Positions 35,691 through 48,688 of a DNA stretch of 64,000 bases are shown here, piece by piece. The stretch lies in assembly GCA_040285825.1 (NCBI GenBank), contig JAUPSS010000004.1, forward strand, positions 4,617,784 through 4,681,783. The letters are read 5' to 3'. The notes under the pieces are model-generated. The model was not told where the DNA came from. It did no database searches and saw nothing but the letters and a program-made list of their open reading frames with translations. Both the position numbers and the translations under genes were made by a program. Source of the stretch: Eukaryota sp. TZLM1-RC (Eukaryota > Protista > Metamonada: BaSk clade). Numbering within the stretch: the stretch's first letter is position 1; every line of letters starts with the position of its first letter.

Positions 35691-38600
35691 ACCAAGGTTT
35701 CCTCTACAAAATCTTGTTTTGCTTGCTGTCTAGCTAAAGCTTCTCTTATTCGATTAAAAAACCGAGGTAATTTTTTAATAATGGCAAATTGAATCCGTGA
35801 ACGCCATGAAAGAATATCAAATCTTTTCATCAAATCAATCTTTGATGATTAATGGAGCTCAGATTCTTTTTATCAATTATGACCAACAAGCTGTTAAGTT
35901 TCTTGGATGTTGGCTTGGCAATTTGGATGAAATTTATTCCCAGTTAAACAATTTATTGGAGAAGTTTGACAAGGATCTTAGTTTTATTGCTGAATGTGAC
36001 ATTGAGAAACACATCAAATTGTTTATTTTAAAAATTTGTTATTCTGGAAAATTCACTCATATTTTAAGGTCAACTCCCCCATCGGTATCTCTCAATTTTT
36101 GCAGATCTTTCAACAAACTTCGAGTCAATTTTTTTTCTTTATTAGAAGTAAATGAATCTTTAATTCGAAGTCATGTATTTTGTTCAGCAGATTTGGGTGG
36201 AATTGGATTCACCAAATCTTCGATTCTGTGTAAAGCAGCATTTTTGGGAGGTGCTGAAAATTTTGTTTTTGAATTTTTCCAAAGGTTCCCTTTTGATGTT
36301 CATTTGATCAATGGTGAATCAAATTTTTACTTGAATCAACTGCAATTTGAATTAGAAAATTTGCCTAGTGATATCTGGATTCAGTGTTTTCCTCAAAATG
36401 TTCAAGAAATTCCCACCCGATCACATCCAAATTTACGTTTTTGCTTGAAAAAGCCTCAGCATCATCTGCTAAATTATATGAAGGCTTGGATTATGAAGTA
36501 AGACTTGGCTTGGCCAAAACTAAGAATCCCGCTTTCGATAATTTTTTAAAGGATATTGGTGATAGTTCAGCTGCTGCTTTAGTAACTCAAGTTCCCTCTG
36601 TTTATGGACTTTTGTTAAAAAACAATGAATGGCTTCTAAACATGCGTTTTCGTTGTTTTCTGTGGCCAGACAATTTGCCGAATCATTTAACTTGTAAATG
36701 TGGTAAACCTCTTTCGTTTACTCATCTTTTGAACTGCAAACATTTCATTACATTTAGAAATAAAGTACATAATAAGGTCAGGGACCAAATTTATGTAAAG
36801 TGAAAATCATATCGAGTAGATTCCTTTTTAGAACCGCTGTTATCAAAATAAATTCTTGATGATCCCAATATTGATAGTACGCGTTACAACAGCGCTTCTA
36901 TGAGTCTAACTAGAGGTGATCTAGTTGTTCCTGGTTTAAATGGTAGTTTTACTATTTTGGACGCCATGTCTATTGAACCTTTTTATTCCTCTAACGAACA
37001 TCTCATTAACTCGGATGTAATTAATCTTCTTCTTGCAGGCGAAAAATATACAATTGCTAAATATGCGAAACCCATTTCCTCAGTTAATGAAAATTCTCAT
37101 GCCCAATATAATTTATGTCCATTTGTTTTTTCTTTGCTTGGATATCTAGGTAAGGCTGCTATGGCTTTCCTTGAGGATTTTGTTGTAGTTGTAAAGGAAA
37201 GAACTGGAAGAATTTTCAATCGTGTTTACTGGCAAAACAGGATTGTATTTTCTATTTTTAAGGGAATGGTAAATCTAATTTCTGATTCACTATCTTCTTT
37301 TGGGAAATTTTCTGAATCTTTAGCGCTTAATTGTTTTGATGTAGGGGAGGCAGGTTTTTATGATGTGGAGTTTGAATTGTGGATTTCAAATTTGTTGTTG
37401 AATAAAAATAAATGTTTCAAAAAGAATCTTTTCATTGCTTTTTCTTGAACCATTTTTGGAGAAGTCATTCAAAAAAGTTTCTGCTTTATCTGATAATCTT
37501 CCATTTATCGAAAATGGGAAAGCAATAAAAACCAGCTGTGTATTTCTATCAGCATTAGCCTCTTCAATATCTTTATCATATTTTCTATGTTTCTCTTTTG
37601 CTTTAAAATCAAGAGCAGTCACAGGATTGAGTTTTCTTCTGTGAACCAAAGTATCATTTGTAACATTACATGAGATAAAGTCAACAATAGCTTCAGAATT
37701 ATCAATCCAATCACAGTATACATCACCTCTATCATCAGAACCAAAATTATTCAGAGAAAGTGTTTCCTTCAGCAGAGCCTCTTTGATACACGATATTCTT
37801 GCAGTTTGTGCCATATTGAAAACAGTGTCTCTAACAGCATCGTGTAATGAAGAACGATAAGTTATCAATTTAGAGCAATTTAGAGCATGGCGCAAAGTGA
37901 GTTGAGGTGAATTCGAACAAATACATTTTTCTTTTGATAATAATTGGTTAATGGGGATGTTCATATATAATCTCATTTTTGTTACAAATGCTTCATTAGT
38001 AGCACACAATCCAAATCTTCGTGGTACAATGGTTACAAAAAGTGAAGAATCTGACACCTTGTTTTCACAAACACCCTTTTCCAATAACAATGAGTGAAGA
38101 TCTTGATTTAAAACAGCCGAGCTGCAAATATTATTATAAAGATCTTTTTCATACATTCCAGTCAATCTTTTCTGTAATGTTCGAAGAGTATACTTCAAAT
38201 TTAAAACATTTTTTCTGGAATATTGCCATTGAATGATTGGGGAAAACATCGACCCCATTTTTCTACATCAATTCTTGAAATTTCTTCATTTAATGCAAAA
38301 ACAGTGGAACTTTGCGTTGTCATCAATAAATCTTCCCAATCTGCAAATCTTTCGGAGAACTCAAAGATTGCATTTCTGCATCCACCAACAAAAGCACACG
38401 ATGTAAGAATAGAAGCCTTCGTCCACCCTAAACCACCATATTGTGGACTAAGGTAAGCATGATCTGGAATTTGAAACATTTTACATCCCAGTAATTGAGA
38501 CAGAACTTTTGCACGTAACTCATTAAACTTTTGAGCCAAAGGTCTAGTGACGAGAGGATTTGTAGATCGAAATATATGATTAAAATTGGAACTAAAACAC

Positions 38601-40565
38601 AGTCTTATAATGGTAAATTTGATGTGTTTTTTTATATCTAAATTCATCATTCGGTCAATTTTTTCAGAAATTGAGTTCAACTTTTCAAACAATTTTTTGG
38701 TATTTTCATCATTATTTCCTAAAAACGAACCCAAATGACGAATAGCATCAATTGAATATAATTTGGCTTGAATTTCAATATCATCAATTATTGTGGAAAC
38801 TGGAGAATTCGATAACAAAACACATTTAGGTAAATTAAGTCGGAGACCAATTTTGGTAAATAATTCTTTAAAACATACAGTTGCTTTTTTCACAATATTT
38901 AATTCACCAATAAGCACAACATCATCCATATATGCAATCAATTTTAGTGAAGGAAACATCTCTTGAATTTGCAGTAGAATAGGATGAATGGCCAAACAAA
39001 ACAAAAGAGGTCCTAACGGATCTCCTTGCTTTACGCCACTTAATGAAATCAAAATGTTGTTACCGAAATGTAAATTAGAATATGTGCAATATGTTGATTG
39101 AAAATATGGTATTAATTCTGGCATATATTGCAATAGAGCACCATGGATACTGCGACGACTTAGCGAATTGAAAGCATTACTAAAATCCAATGACATGCAA
39201 ATATTGGATTCATTTTGACGAAATAAGACATCAGTAGCAAAAATCGCTGAAGAGACTCCATCTGTAGTATTTATACCATATTGAAAGGGTAATAAAATCT
39301 TTTTAGCTTTTTCATTGAACCTGCTTAAGCAACACGCAGAAAAAATATTATGTAAGCTCTCAGAGACTGCAATAGGACGAACATCCATTTTTGAATTTTT
39401 GACAAGTGCAGTCAAACGAGAACTTCTTAATTCTTCTGGGTACTTGCGTTGACCAGATAATATTTGGTTGAAAAATTTGGTCAATAAACCAATGCAATCT
39501 TCTGAAGAAATAATCGCGGCTTTTACATGATCAATAGTAATACCAGAAAGTCCGGCAGACTTACCACGAGGTCTCTTTTTGATAACCGAAAAAACTTCTG
39601 ATGACATCAATGGATAATTTTCCCAGTATGTGCCGTAAAAATTTTGATCCATAATAGGGTCTTCATAAGGATGAAGTATTTTCAGTTTATCTACTGTATT
39701 TTCATTGTTCGGTGCTTTGACTCCGGGACTTAAAGCTGACAAAGCCTTGGACCATTGGTTGTCAAAGCATTTGTCTTCAAAAATTTTACTTAATTTCTCG
39801 GATGACTGATTTCTCGGTGCTATATTAGTTAAATCTTCGGAAATATTAACGAAATTTTGTTCAAAAGGAGGACAAAAAGAACCAAAAAATTCCCAAATTA
39901 TATTGATAGCATACTTTCCTTTACATAATTGATCCAAAAATCTTTGAAAAACGAAAGCAAATTCATTGCATTTGGTCGGATGAATTTCTTGAGGTATTCT
40001 TATAGGAGGATGGTAGTTATCAACTATGCGGCATTTCAAGCAGCGATCAGAAGTTTTTCCTTTTGCATTTTTTCTAAAAGAAATACCACAAGTGTTGCAA
40101 GTTTTGTGCTTCAATCGATTGCTAACTGGTTTTGCAACAACTTGTGGAGCATTATTTATGGGTTCTACCTTAGACTCTTTCCTTCTAATAAATTTTCTTT
40201 TACATTTTGTTTCAGAATTTGCCGCATCATTTTTTCCAACATGTTCGAGCATTATGTCCCTGTTGTCGACACTTTGAGCATCTGTAGGAGCGTGTCTTTG
40301 TTTTTGAACAAACTTTTTTTTCATCGTGATTGTCTAAAAATTCTTGATCAGAATTTTTTTTGTCCAAAAATGAAGAGAGAAGAGGTTGAGGAGGACAGGT
40401 GGAAAGGACGTCTTGAGCATCTTGTTGACTATCGTTCTTTCTTTTGACTCCATTAGAATCAGAAACTGATTCAGACATCAACAAGAAAGAATAGAAGCAA
40501 TGATCTCGGTTCAGCCAGGTTTTAAGTTAAACGGTTATATGTAGAGGAAGAAAAAAAATACATCT
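35691..40565 (-). mobile_element. Near full-length family C RLE retrotransposon, interrupted by a nested family B copy
   Basis: CSKCRQQGHNARTC; CNTC..CLKC..PPIRIP; RT YMDD; CIC..HALNC; LHD, RGD. The 3' coding end resumes at 35691-35830. Confidence 0.9.
35831..37424 (+). mobile_element. 5'-truncated family B copy nested antisense in family C, with 11-bp TSD
   Basis: AATCTTTTCAT at 35820-35830 and 37425-37435. The unoccupied site is seen near 53608 in another C copy. Confidence 0.92.
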
Positions 40566-40639
40566 TGAATGAAAATCACAGCACAAAATTCCTCATTCCT
40601 TTTGTTTCTCTAGTTTCTTGGTATGTTGGCTCTGTCTCT

Positions 40640-40746
40640 CAAACGATGATGACAACCTTGCATTTCTATGAAATTCGCAAAAACCTCTTGAAGAAGTCTT
40701 TTCTGCCTGGAAAGATTCACTGTGGGTTGGATGTGGTTCTGAGAGT
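40640..40746 (+). ncRNA. Box C/D snoRNA candidate (U14-like), copy 1
   Basis: Box C ATGATGA 40646-40652, box D CTGA 40739-40742. TTGGATGTGGT is antisense to conserved SSU rRNA ACCACAUCCAA. ATTCGCA matches part of U14 domain A. Confidence 0.65.
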
Positions 40747-40826
40747 TCCTCTTTTCGGTTCACTAACCATAGACTCTAGTAAGCTGTTGTAGCTTCTGTT
40801 AGACAGTATGTTTTGATCTTGGTTCT

Positions 40827-40933
40827 GTCACGATGATGACAACCTTGCATTTCTATGAAATTCGCAAAAACCGCTTGAAGAAGTCTTTTCTGCCTGGAAG
40901 GATTCACTGTGGGTTGGATGTGGTGCTGAGAGT
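40827..40933 (+). ncRNA. Box C/D snoRNA candidate (U14-like), copy 2
   Basis: Box C 40833-40839, box D 40926-40929. Near-identity to copy 1 spans the C-to-D interval and falls off in the flanks. Confidence 0.65.
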
Positions 40934-41202
40934 CTCTTTTCTATTTCATTAACCAAAGGTTAGTATTTTCTTGAAACTCATAATAAAAATGATAAAGGTA
41001 TTGTTCAGTAATGTAACAACGATGTTCTTTGACAATATACGTTTCTATAAAAACACAACACATTCACATTTATTCTTTGGTTTTTCCTTTTCATATATTT
41101 AGTTTCTATTGCTGATCACAAAAATATGTTGGTACAAAACTTCATATATTTATTTCATTCTTATCAAATAGTTTTGTATTCGTATTCACAACATATATAA
41201 CA

Positions 41203-42853
41203 ATGACTCTGGACTCCTTATTGGATCGCAGGATTCAGTGGGTTAAGGGCCTTTCTTCTGATGCCACAGCCACCAATTTTACCAATACCATATCTTCTAA
41301 TCGGAACAAACCTCAGAGCAAAACCACTGATGACTTCGAACTTCCCAAAAAACCATTATATCCATACAATAGAATCAACCAATGGTTATCTTTTCCAAAA
41401 CCACTTTCACACACTGCTGGTCTTCGCAAGTATGTTGTCGCCATCTACCCTTCACCATAGCATCGGCAACACCTGCTTTCTTAATGCTTCTTTACAAGTT
41501 TTATTAAACCTCCCACCACTAGTACAGTTTCTACAAGCAGACCACAGTAATTGCTCAAAGGTAGGCTTTTGTTCTCTTTGTGCCATCCGCAAGCTATCTG
41601 CCTTGGCTCATTCGAAACCTTGCATTATCCCCAAGCAAATCACCTCAAACATCAGGGCTATTCGGAAATCATTTCGAATTGGCAGACAAGAAGATGCACA
41701 CGAATTCTTTCTTTCTCTTTTTGGCCATATGCAAGATTGTATTACAGGAGGTACCAAATGTGAACGCAAGTTACCTCCAAGGGTGCCCTTCACTAGTGCA
41801 GTCCATCAGCTGTTTGGCTTTTTCTTGTCATCTAATGTGTTGTGTTTGCAATGTGATCATTTATCAAGAATTTATGAACCCTGTCTTGGGATATCTCTTG
41901 ACATTAATAGAAAAAAGAAGACTTTATTAGGATCATTTGAAAGGTATTTTGCAAAGGAAAAAGTTGAAAATTTTAAATGTGATTCTTGCAGTAATAAAGG
42001 AACCATCACCAAGTGGAACACCTTTAGAACCCTTCCTAATGTGTTAATGGTTCAATTAAAAAGATTTTCTTTTCATAATAGAGGTAGTAAAGTGGGCACA
42101 AAAATTGTTTTTCCTGAAGTGCTTGATTCAAGTTATTTCCAATTACCAAAAGAATTAAATCAAGAAGTTTGTTATGAATTACTTGGCATCGTAGTCCATC
42201 ATGGTTCATCTCTGTCATTTGGACATTACACGTCCTTTGTCAAATGTGGAAATGGTCTTTGGTACCACTTTGATGATGAACAAGTTTGTCAAGTTTCAAA
42301 GCAAACTGTATTAAATGTTGAGAATGGGTATATTGCTTTTTACGTCAAGAAGGAAAGTTTTGCGATGGCGCAACCAATGGAAAGTGACAGTGTCTCTACT
42401 CCAGTATTAACAGCTAATAAGGAATTAGAAAGGGAATTAGAAGTAAAAGAACTTGAATTTGGATTTGGTTGTGATCGCAAACGGAGGAATGCATTTGAAT
42501 CGAAAAACAAAAAGATGAAAAGAATCGATAATGACGGTTTCAAAGCAGGAATTTCAGCTGGCCATTCTTCTATTATTTCCAACTTTAAGGCTCATCAAAA
42601 AAAGAAACTAAAGCAACAATCTCTTAAAGATTTTGTTACAGTTGACACTTTGGATGGTTGGGGTGATAGTAGTGCTACCGAAGTAAGAAATTCTGAGATG
42701 AAGGAGTTTAAAAAGAGATATCATGTGGATAGGGAAGATCGGAAGATGGATGCTCCAAAAAAGAAAAAGAAAAAGGCAAAGTTAAAGCAAATGGACTTAA
42801 AAAAGTCTTTTAATAATGCTGGAAATAATAAGAATAATAAGAGAAAAAGGTAA
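41203..42853 (+). CDS. USP36/USP42-like ubiquitin C-terminal hydrolase (C19), 539 aa, 2 exons
   Basis: After splicing, Cys box GLRNIGNTCFLNASLQ; QEDAHEF; His box GHYTSFVK..WYHFDD; Lys-rich C-terminus. Confidence 0.9.
41430..41460 (+). other. 31-nt spliceosomal intron
   Basis: GTATGT...TTCACCATAG. Removal restores the catalytic Cys box in frame. Confidence 0.92.
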
Positions 42854-45500
42854 CTTTGGGATTAGTTTTAGTCTTTTTAGTAGTAGTTTTAGTAAATTTG
42901 TTAAGTTTTTTATAATGGTTTTATATACCAACAGGACTTATTACTTCGAATATAGATGTTTAGTTCAAGCAGCTGCAATTTTCCCAAATGTGTGTGTTAG
43001 CACAGTGGCTTTAAAACAAAGAGAAGTCTAAGGTGAGACTACCTTGACCACAACACATTTGATTAGGTCAGAAATTGTTCAATGATTATTTTAATTGATG
43101 TACCAAAATTCATCGAATTATATTTTTTTTGTTTTGTTTTTTTTATTATAACCAAAGAACGTAAATGCATATGTGAGTCAATAAATTTCAATGAAACAAT
43201 CATTTTTTATTTACATTTTAATTATTTTCCTAAATGAATTTTCAACACTAATCAACTATTTTCTCAACCTCCACATACATTATTGAAACTCACCAACAGG
43301 CGTTTTCGTCATAATATTTTTTAAGTGATAGCAACGAACTAGAAACAAGGCTGTACATTCCCTCGAGAATAGAAAAACAATTCTATTTTGCGAGAATGTT
43401 CGGTCAAAAACTCTTTTAGCTCTGGTTTAACAATTTGAAATGAAGCATCAAGGAAAGTTAAGATAAATTTACCCAAGGTTTTCAAATAAGGACAAGGCAA
43501 AAGTACGAAGCAGGTATTGAGTGTGTGAGTTGAAATTCAAACTATTAATTCTTTCAGCATTCATGATTGATTTTGGTTTCTTTTGTTCGCCGTATGGGTG
43601 AATTATAAGAGAATACGATGTTGTTCATTTGAGCCATTTGGAACATCTATTGATCTGACGTCAATAATAATCAATGATCCATCAAGATCAAGAACTAACA
43701 CAACTCTGTGACTACCACCAAAAGAAGTTCAGTCATAAACATCAAACAAGTTAAAACGCAATGAATAGGCTCATCTATTTTCAAATTCGTCATTAATGCA
43801 TACTTTGGGTCAACCATGGGAGAACTTTATTGATGCATTATTGAATGCCCATGGTGTACCCAGTCTCTGCAGCACCCAACAACACAGGTCCAGTAGTTGC
43901 TTCAAATTCTGGTAGTGTTCTCCCTTCATAATTTCTTGAATAAATGCATCTGTGAGTCAATAAATTTCAATGAAACAATCATTTTTTTATTTACCTTTTT
44001 ATGATTTTATAAAGTGAATTTTTTACCACTATTTTCTCAACCTCCACATACACTATTGAAACTCACCAACAGGCCTTTTCGTCATAATATTTTTTAAGTG
44101 ATAGCAACGAACTAGAAACAAGGCTGTACATTCCCTCGAGAATAGAAAAACAATTCTATTTTGCGAGAATGTTCGGTCAAAGACTCTTTTAGCTCTGGTT
44201 TAACAATTTGAAATGAAGCATCAGGGAAAGTTAAGACAAATTTAATCAAGGTTTTCAAATAAGGAGAAGGCAAAAGTACGAAGCAGGTATTGAGTGTGTG
44301 AGTTGAAATTCAAACTATTAATTCTTTCAGCATTCATGATTAATTTTGGTTTCTTTTGTTCGCCGTATAGGTGAATTATAAGAGAATACGATGTTGTTCA
44401 TTTGAGCCATTTGAAACATCTGTTGATCTGACGTCAATAATAATGAATGATCCATCAAGATCTAGAACTAACACAACTCTGTGACTACCACCAAATGAAG
44501 TTCAGTCATAAACATCAAACAAGTTAAAACGCAATGAATAGGCTCATCTATTTTCAAATTCGTCATTAATGCATACTTTGGGTCAACCATGGGAGAAATT
44601 TATTGATGCATTATTGAATGCCCATGGTGTACCCAGTCTCTGCAGCACCCAACAACACAGGTCCAGTAGTTGCTTCAAATTCTGGTAGTGTTCTCCCTTC
44701 ATAATTTCTTGAATAAATGCATCTGTGAGTCAATAAATTTCAATGAAACAATCATTTTTTTATTTACCTTTTTATGATTTTACAAAGTGAATTTTTTACC
44801 ACTATTTTCTCAACCTCCACATACACTATTGAAACTCACCTACACCCTTTTCGTCATAATATCTTTTAAGTGATAGCAACGAACTAGAAACAAGGCTGTA
44901 CATTCCCTCGAGAATAGAAAAACAATTCTATTTTGCGAGAATGTTCGGTCAAAGACTCTTTTAGCTCTGGTTTAACAATTTGAAATCAAGCATCAGGGAA
45001 AGTTAAGATAAATTTACCCAAGGTTTTCAAATAAGGAGAAGGCAAAAGTACGAAGCAGGTATTGAGTGTGTGAGTTGAAATTCAAACTATTAATTCTTTC
45101 AGCATTCATGATTAATTTTGGTTTCTTTTGTTCGCCGTATAGGTGAATTATAAGAGAATACGATGTTGTTCATTTTAGCCATTTGGAACATCTGTTGATC
45201 TGACGTCAATAATAATCAATGATCCATCAAGATCTAGAACTTACACAACTCTGTGACTACCACCAAAAGAAGTTCAATCATAAACATCAAACAAGTTAAA
45301 ACGCAATGAATAGGCTCATCTATTTTCAAATTCGTCATTAATGCATACTTTGGGTCAACCATGGGAGAAATTTATTGATGCATTATTACACAAAGACCAA
45401 AAATATTAATGGGTAAGATAATTGCAAAAAAATTGATATAAATTTATATTTTAGAAATTTTTGGGCAAAATTTTAGTTTCATTCTTTTTCATAACTTGAT

Positions 45501-45767
45501 ATGCGCGATTCATCATCTTCTATTTGTCTGGGAGGCACTGGTTGCAACTGTCTTGGAGGTAAGATCGGAGAGGTCTGTGTCCTCACAGTTGTTGGAATCA
45601 TTGTGATTCTGCTACTTTTGGGCTGTTGTTTTCTCGTCTTCTTTCTTGCTCTCAGGCCCAAGAGTCCCCAAAGCAAAGGAATGCCCATGGTGTACCCAGT
45701 CTCTGCAGCACCCAACAACACAGGTCCAGTAGTTGCTTCAAATTCTGGTAGTGTTCTCCCTTCATAA
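45501..45767 (+). CDS. 88-aa single-pass Cys-rich membrane microprotein, copy 1
   Basis: Cys/Gly N-terminus, long hydrophobic span with GCC, basic stop-transfer, Pro-rich tail. AATAAA just after the stop. GC higher than the spacer. Confidence 0.7.
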   Translation: MRDSSSSICLGGTGCNCLGGKIGEVCVLTVVGIIVILLLLGCCFLVFFLALRPKSPQSKGMPMVYPVSAAPNNTGPVVASNSGSVLPS

Positions 45768-45814
45768 TTTCTTGAATAAATGCATCTGTGAGTCAATAAA
45801 TTTCAATGAAACAA

Positions 45815-46390
45815 TCATTTTTTTATTTACCTTTTATGATTTTACAAAGTGAATTTTTTACCACTATTTTCTCAACCTCCACATACACTATTGAAACTCA
45901 CCTACACCCTTTTCGTCATAATATTTTTTAAGTGATAGCAACGAACTAGAAACAAGGCTGTACATTCCCTCGAGAATAGAAAAACAATTCTATTTTGCGA
46001 GAATGTTCGGTCAAAGACTCTTTTAGCTCTGGTTTAACAATTTGAAATCAAGCATCAGGGAAAGTTAAGATAAATTTACCCAAGGTTTTCAAATAAGGAG
46101 AAGGCAAAAGTACGAAGCAGGTATTGAGTGTGTGAGTTGAAATTCAAACTATTAATTCTTTCAGCATTCATGATTAATTTTGGTTTCTTTTGTTCGCCGT
46201 ATAGGTGAATTATAAGAGAATACGATGTTGTTCATTTTAGCCATTTGGAACATCTGTTGATCTGACGTCAATAATAATCAATGATCCATCAAGATCTAGA
46301 ACTAACACAACTCTGTGACTACCACCAAAAGAAGTTCAGTCATAAACATCAAACAAGTTAAAACGCAATGAATAGGCTCATCTATTTTCA
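45815..46390 (-). mobile_element. Decayed retrotransposon RLE/3' end, present in every array unit (representative copy)
   Basis: Minus strand reads, across frameshifts, NLFDV..SHR..LVLDLDGSLIIIDV..NSHTQYLLRTFAFSLF..QNRIVF..EGMYSLVSSSLLSL. Confidence 0.85.
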
Positions 46391-46561
46391 AATTCGTCAT
46401 TAATGCATATTTTGGGTCAACCATGGGAGAAATTTATTGATGCATTATTACACAAAGACCAAAAATATTAATGGGTAAGATAATTGCAAAAAAATTGATA
46501 TAAATTTATATTTTAGAAATTTTTGGGCAAAATTTTAGTTTCATTCTTTTCATAACTTGAT

Positions 46562-46828
46562 ATGCGCGATTCATCATCTTCTATTTGTCTGGGAGGCACT
46601 GGTTGCAACTGTCTTGGAGGTAAGATCGGAGAGGTCTGTGTCCTCACAGTTGTTGGAATCATTGTGATTCTGCTACTTTTGGGCTGTTGTTTTCTCGTCT
46701 TCTTTCTTGCTCTCAGGCCCAAGAGTCCCCAAAGCAAAGGAATGCCCATGGTGTACCCAGTCTCTGCAGCACCCAACAACACAGGTCCAGTAGTTGCTTC
46801 AAATTCTGGTAGTGTTCTCCCTTCATAA
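46562..46828 (+). CDS. 88-aa membrane microprotein, copy 2
   Basis: Same protein as copy 1. Confidence 0.7.
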   Translation: MRDSSSSICLGGTGCNCLGGKIGEVCVLTVVGIIVILLLLGCCFLVFFLALRPKSPQSKGMPMVYPVSAAPNNTGPVVASNSGSVLPS

Positions 46829-47625
46829 TTTCTTGAATAAATGCATCTGTGAGTCAATAAATTTCAATGAAACAATCATTTTTTTATTTACCTTTTATGA
46901 TTTTCCAAAGTGAATTTTTTTACCACTATTTTCTCAACCTCCTCATCCATTATTGAAACTCACCTACACCCTTTTCGTCATAATATCTTTTAAGTGATAG
47001 CAACGAACTAGAAACAAGGCTGTACATTCCCTCGAGAATAGAAAAACAATTCTATTTTGCGAGAATGTTCGGTCAAAGACTCTTTTAGCTCTGGTTTAAC
47101 AATTTGAAATCAAGCATCAGGGAAAGTTAAGATAAATTTACCCAAGGTTTTCAAATAAGGAGAAGGCAAAAGTACGAAGCAGGTATTGAGTGTGTGAGTT
47201 GAAATTCAAACTATTAATTCTTTCAGCATTCATGATTAATTTTGGTTTCTTTTGTTCGCCGTATAGGTGAATTATAAGAGAATACGATGTTGTTCATTTT
47301 AGCCATTTGGAACATCTGTTGATCTGACGTCAATAATAATCAATGATCCATCAAGATCTAGAACTAACACAACTCTGTGACTACCACCAAAAGAAGTTCA
47401 GTCATAAACATCAAACAAGTTAAAACGCAATGAATAGGCTCATCTATTTTCAAATTCGTCATTAATGCATACTTTGGGTCAACCATGGGAGAAAATTATT
47501 GATGCATTATTACACAAAGACCAAAAAATATTAATGGGTAAGATAATAGCAAAAAAATTGATATAAATTTATATTTTAGAAATTTTTGGGCAAAATTTTA
47601 GTTTCATTCTGTTTCATAACTTGAT

Positions 47626-47892
47626 ATGCGCGATTCATCATCTTCTATTTGTCTGGGAGGCACTGGTTGCAACTGTCTTGGAGGTAAGATCGGAGAGGTC
47701 TGTGTCCTCACAGTTGTTGGAATCATTGTGATTCTGCTACTTTTGGGCTGTTGTTTTCTCGTCTTCTTTCTTGCTCTCAGGCCCAAGAGTCCCCAAAGCA
47801 AAGGAATGCCCATGGTGTACCCAGTCTCTGCAGCACCCAACAACACAGGTCCAGTAGTTGCTTCAAATTCTGGTAGTGTTCTCCCTTCATAA
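47626..47892 (+). CDS. 88-aa membrane microprotein, copy 3
   Basis: Same protein as copy 1. Confidence 0.7.
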   Translation: MRDSSSSICLGGTGCNCLGGKIGEVCVLTVVGIIVILLLLGCCFLVFFLALRPKSPQSKGMPMVYPVSAAPNNTGPVVASNSGSVLPS

Positions 47893-48688
47893 TTTCTTGA
47901 ATAAATGCATCTGTGAGTCAATAAATTTCAATGAAACAATCATTTTTTTATTTACCTTTTTATGATTTTACAAAGTGAATTTTTTACCACTATTTTCTCA
48001 ACCTCCACATACACTATTGAAACTCACCTACACCCTTTTCGTCATAATATCTTTTAAGTGATAGCAACGAACTAGAAACAAGGCTATACATTCCCTCGAG
48101 AATAGAAAAACAATTCTATTTTGCGAGAATGTTCGGTCAAAGACTCTTTTAGCTCTGGTTTAACAATTTGAAATCAAGCATCAGGGAAAGTTAAGATAAA
48201 TTTACCCAAGGTTTTCAAATAAGGAGAAGGCAAAAGTACGAAGCAGGTATTGAGTGTGTGAGTTGAAATTCAAACTATTAATTCTTTCAGCATTCATGAT
48301 TAATTTTGGTTTCTTTTGTTCGCCGTATAGGTGAATTATAAGAGAATACGATGTTGTTCATTTTAGCCATTTGGAACATCTGTTGATCTGACGTCAATAA
48401 TAATCAATGATCCATCAAGATCTAGAACTAACACAACTCTGTGACTACCACCAAAAGAAGTTCAGTCATAAACATCAAACAAGTTAAAACGCAATGAATA
48501 GGCTCATCTATTTTCAAATTCGTCATTAATGCATATTTTGGGTCAACCATGGGAGAAATTTATTGATGCATTATTACACAAAGACCAAAAATATTAATGG
48601 GTAAGATAATTGCAAAAAAATTGATATAAATTTATATTTTAGAAATTTTTGGGCAAAATTTTAGTTTCATTCTTTTTCATAACTTGAT

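Noticed and set aside
45479-45796. Minus-strand 80-114-aa ORFs in each array unit, and ORF 51151-51342
   Set aside because: These are antisense shadows. The substitution seen is synonymous on the plus strand but non-synonymous on the minus strand, and 51151-51342 is the reverse of the relic.
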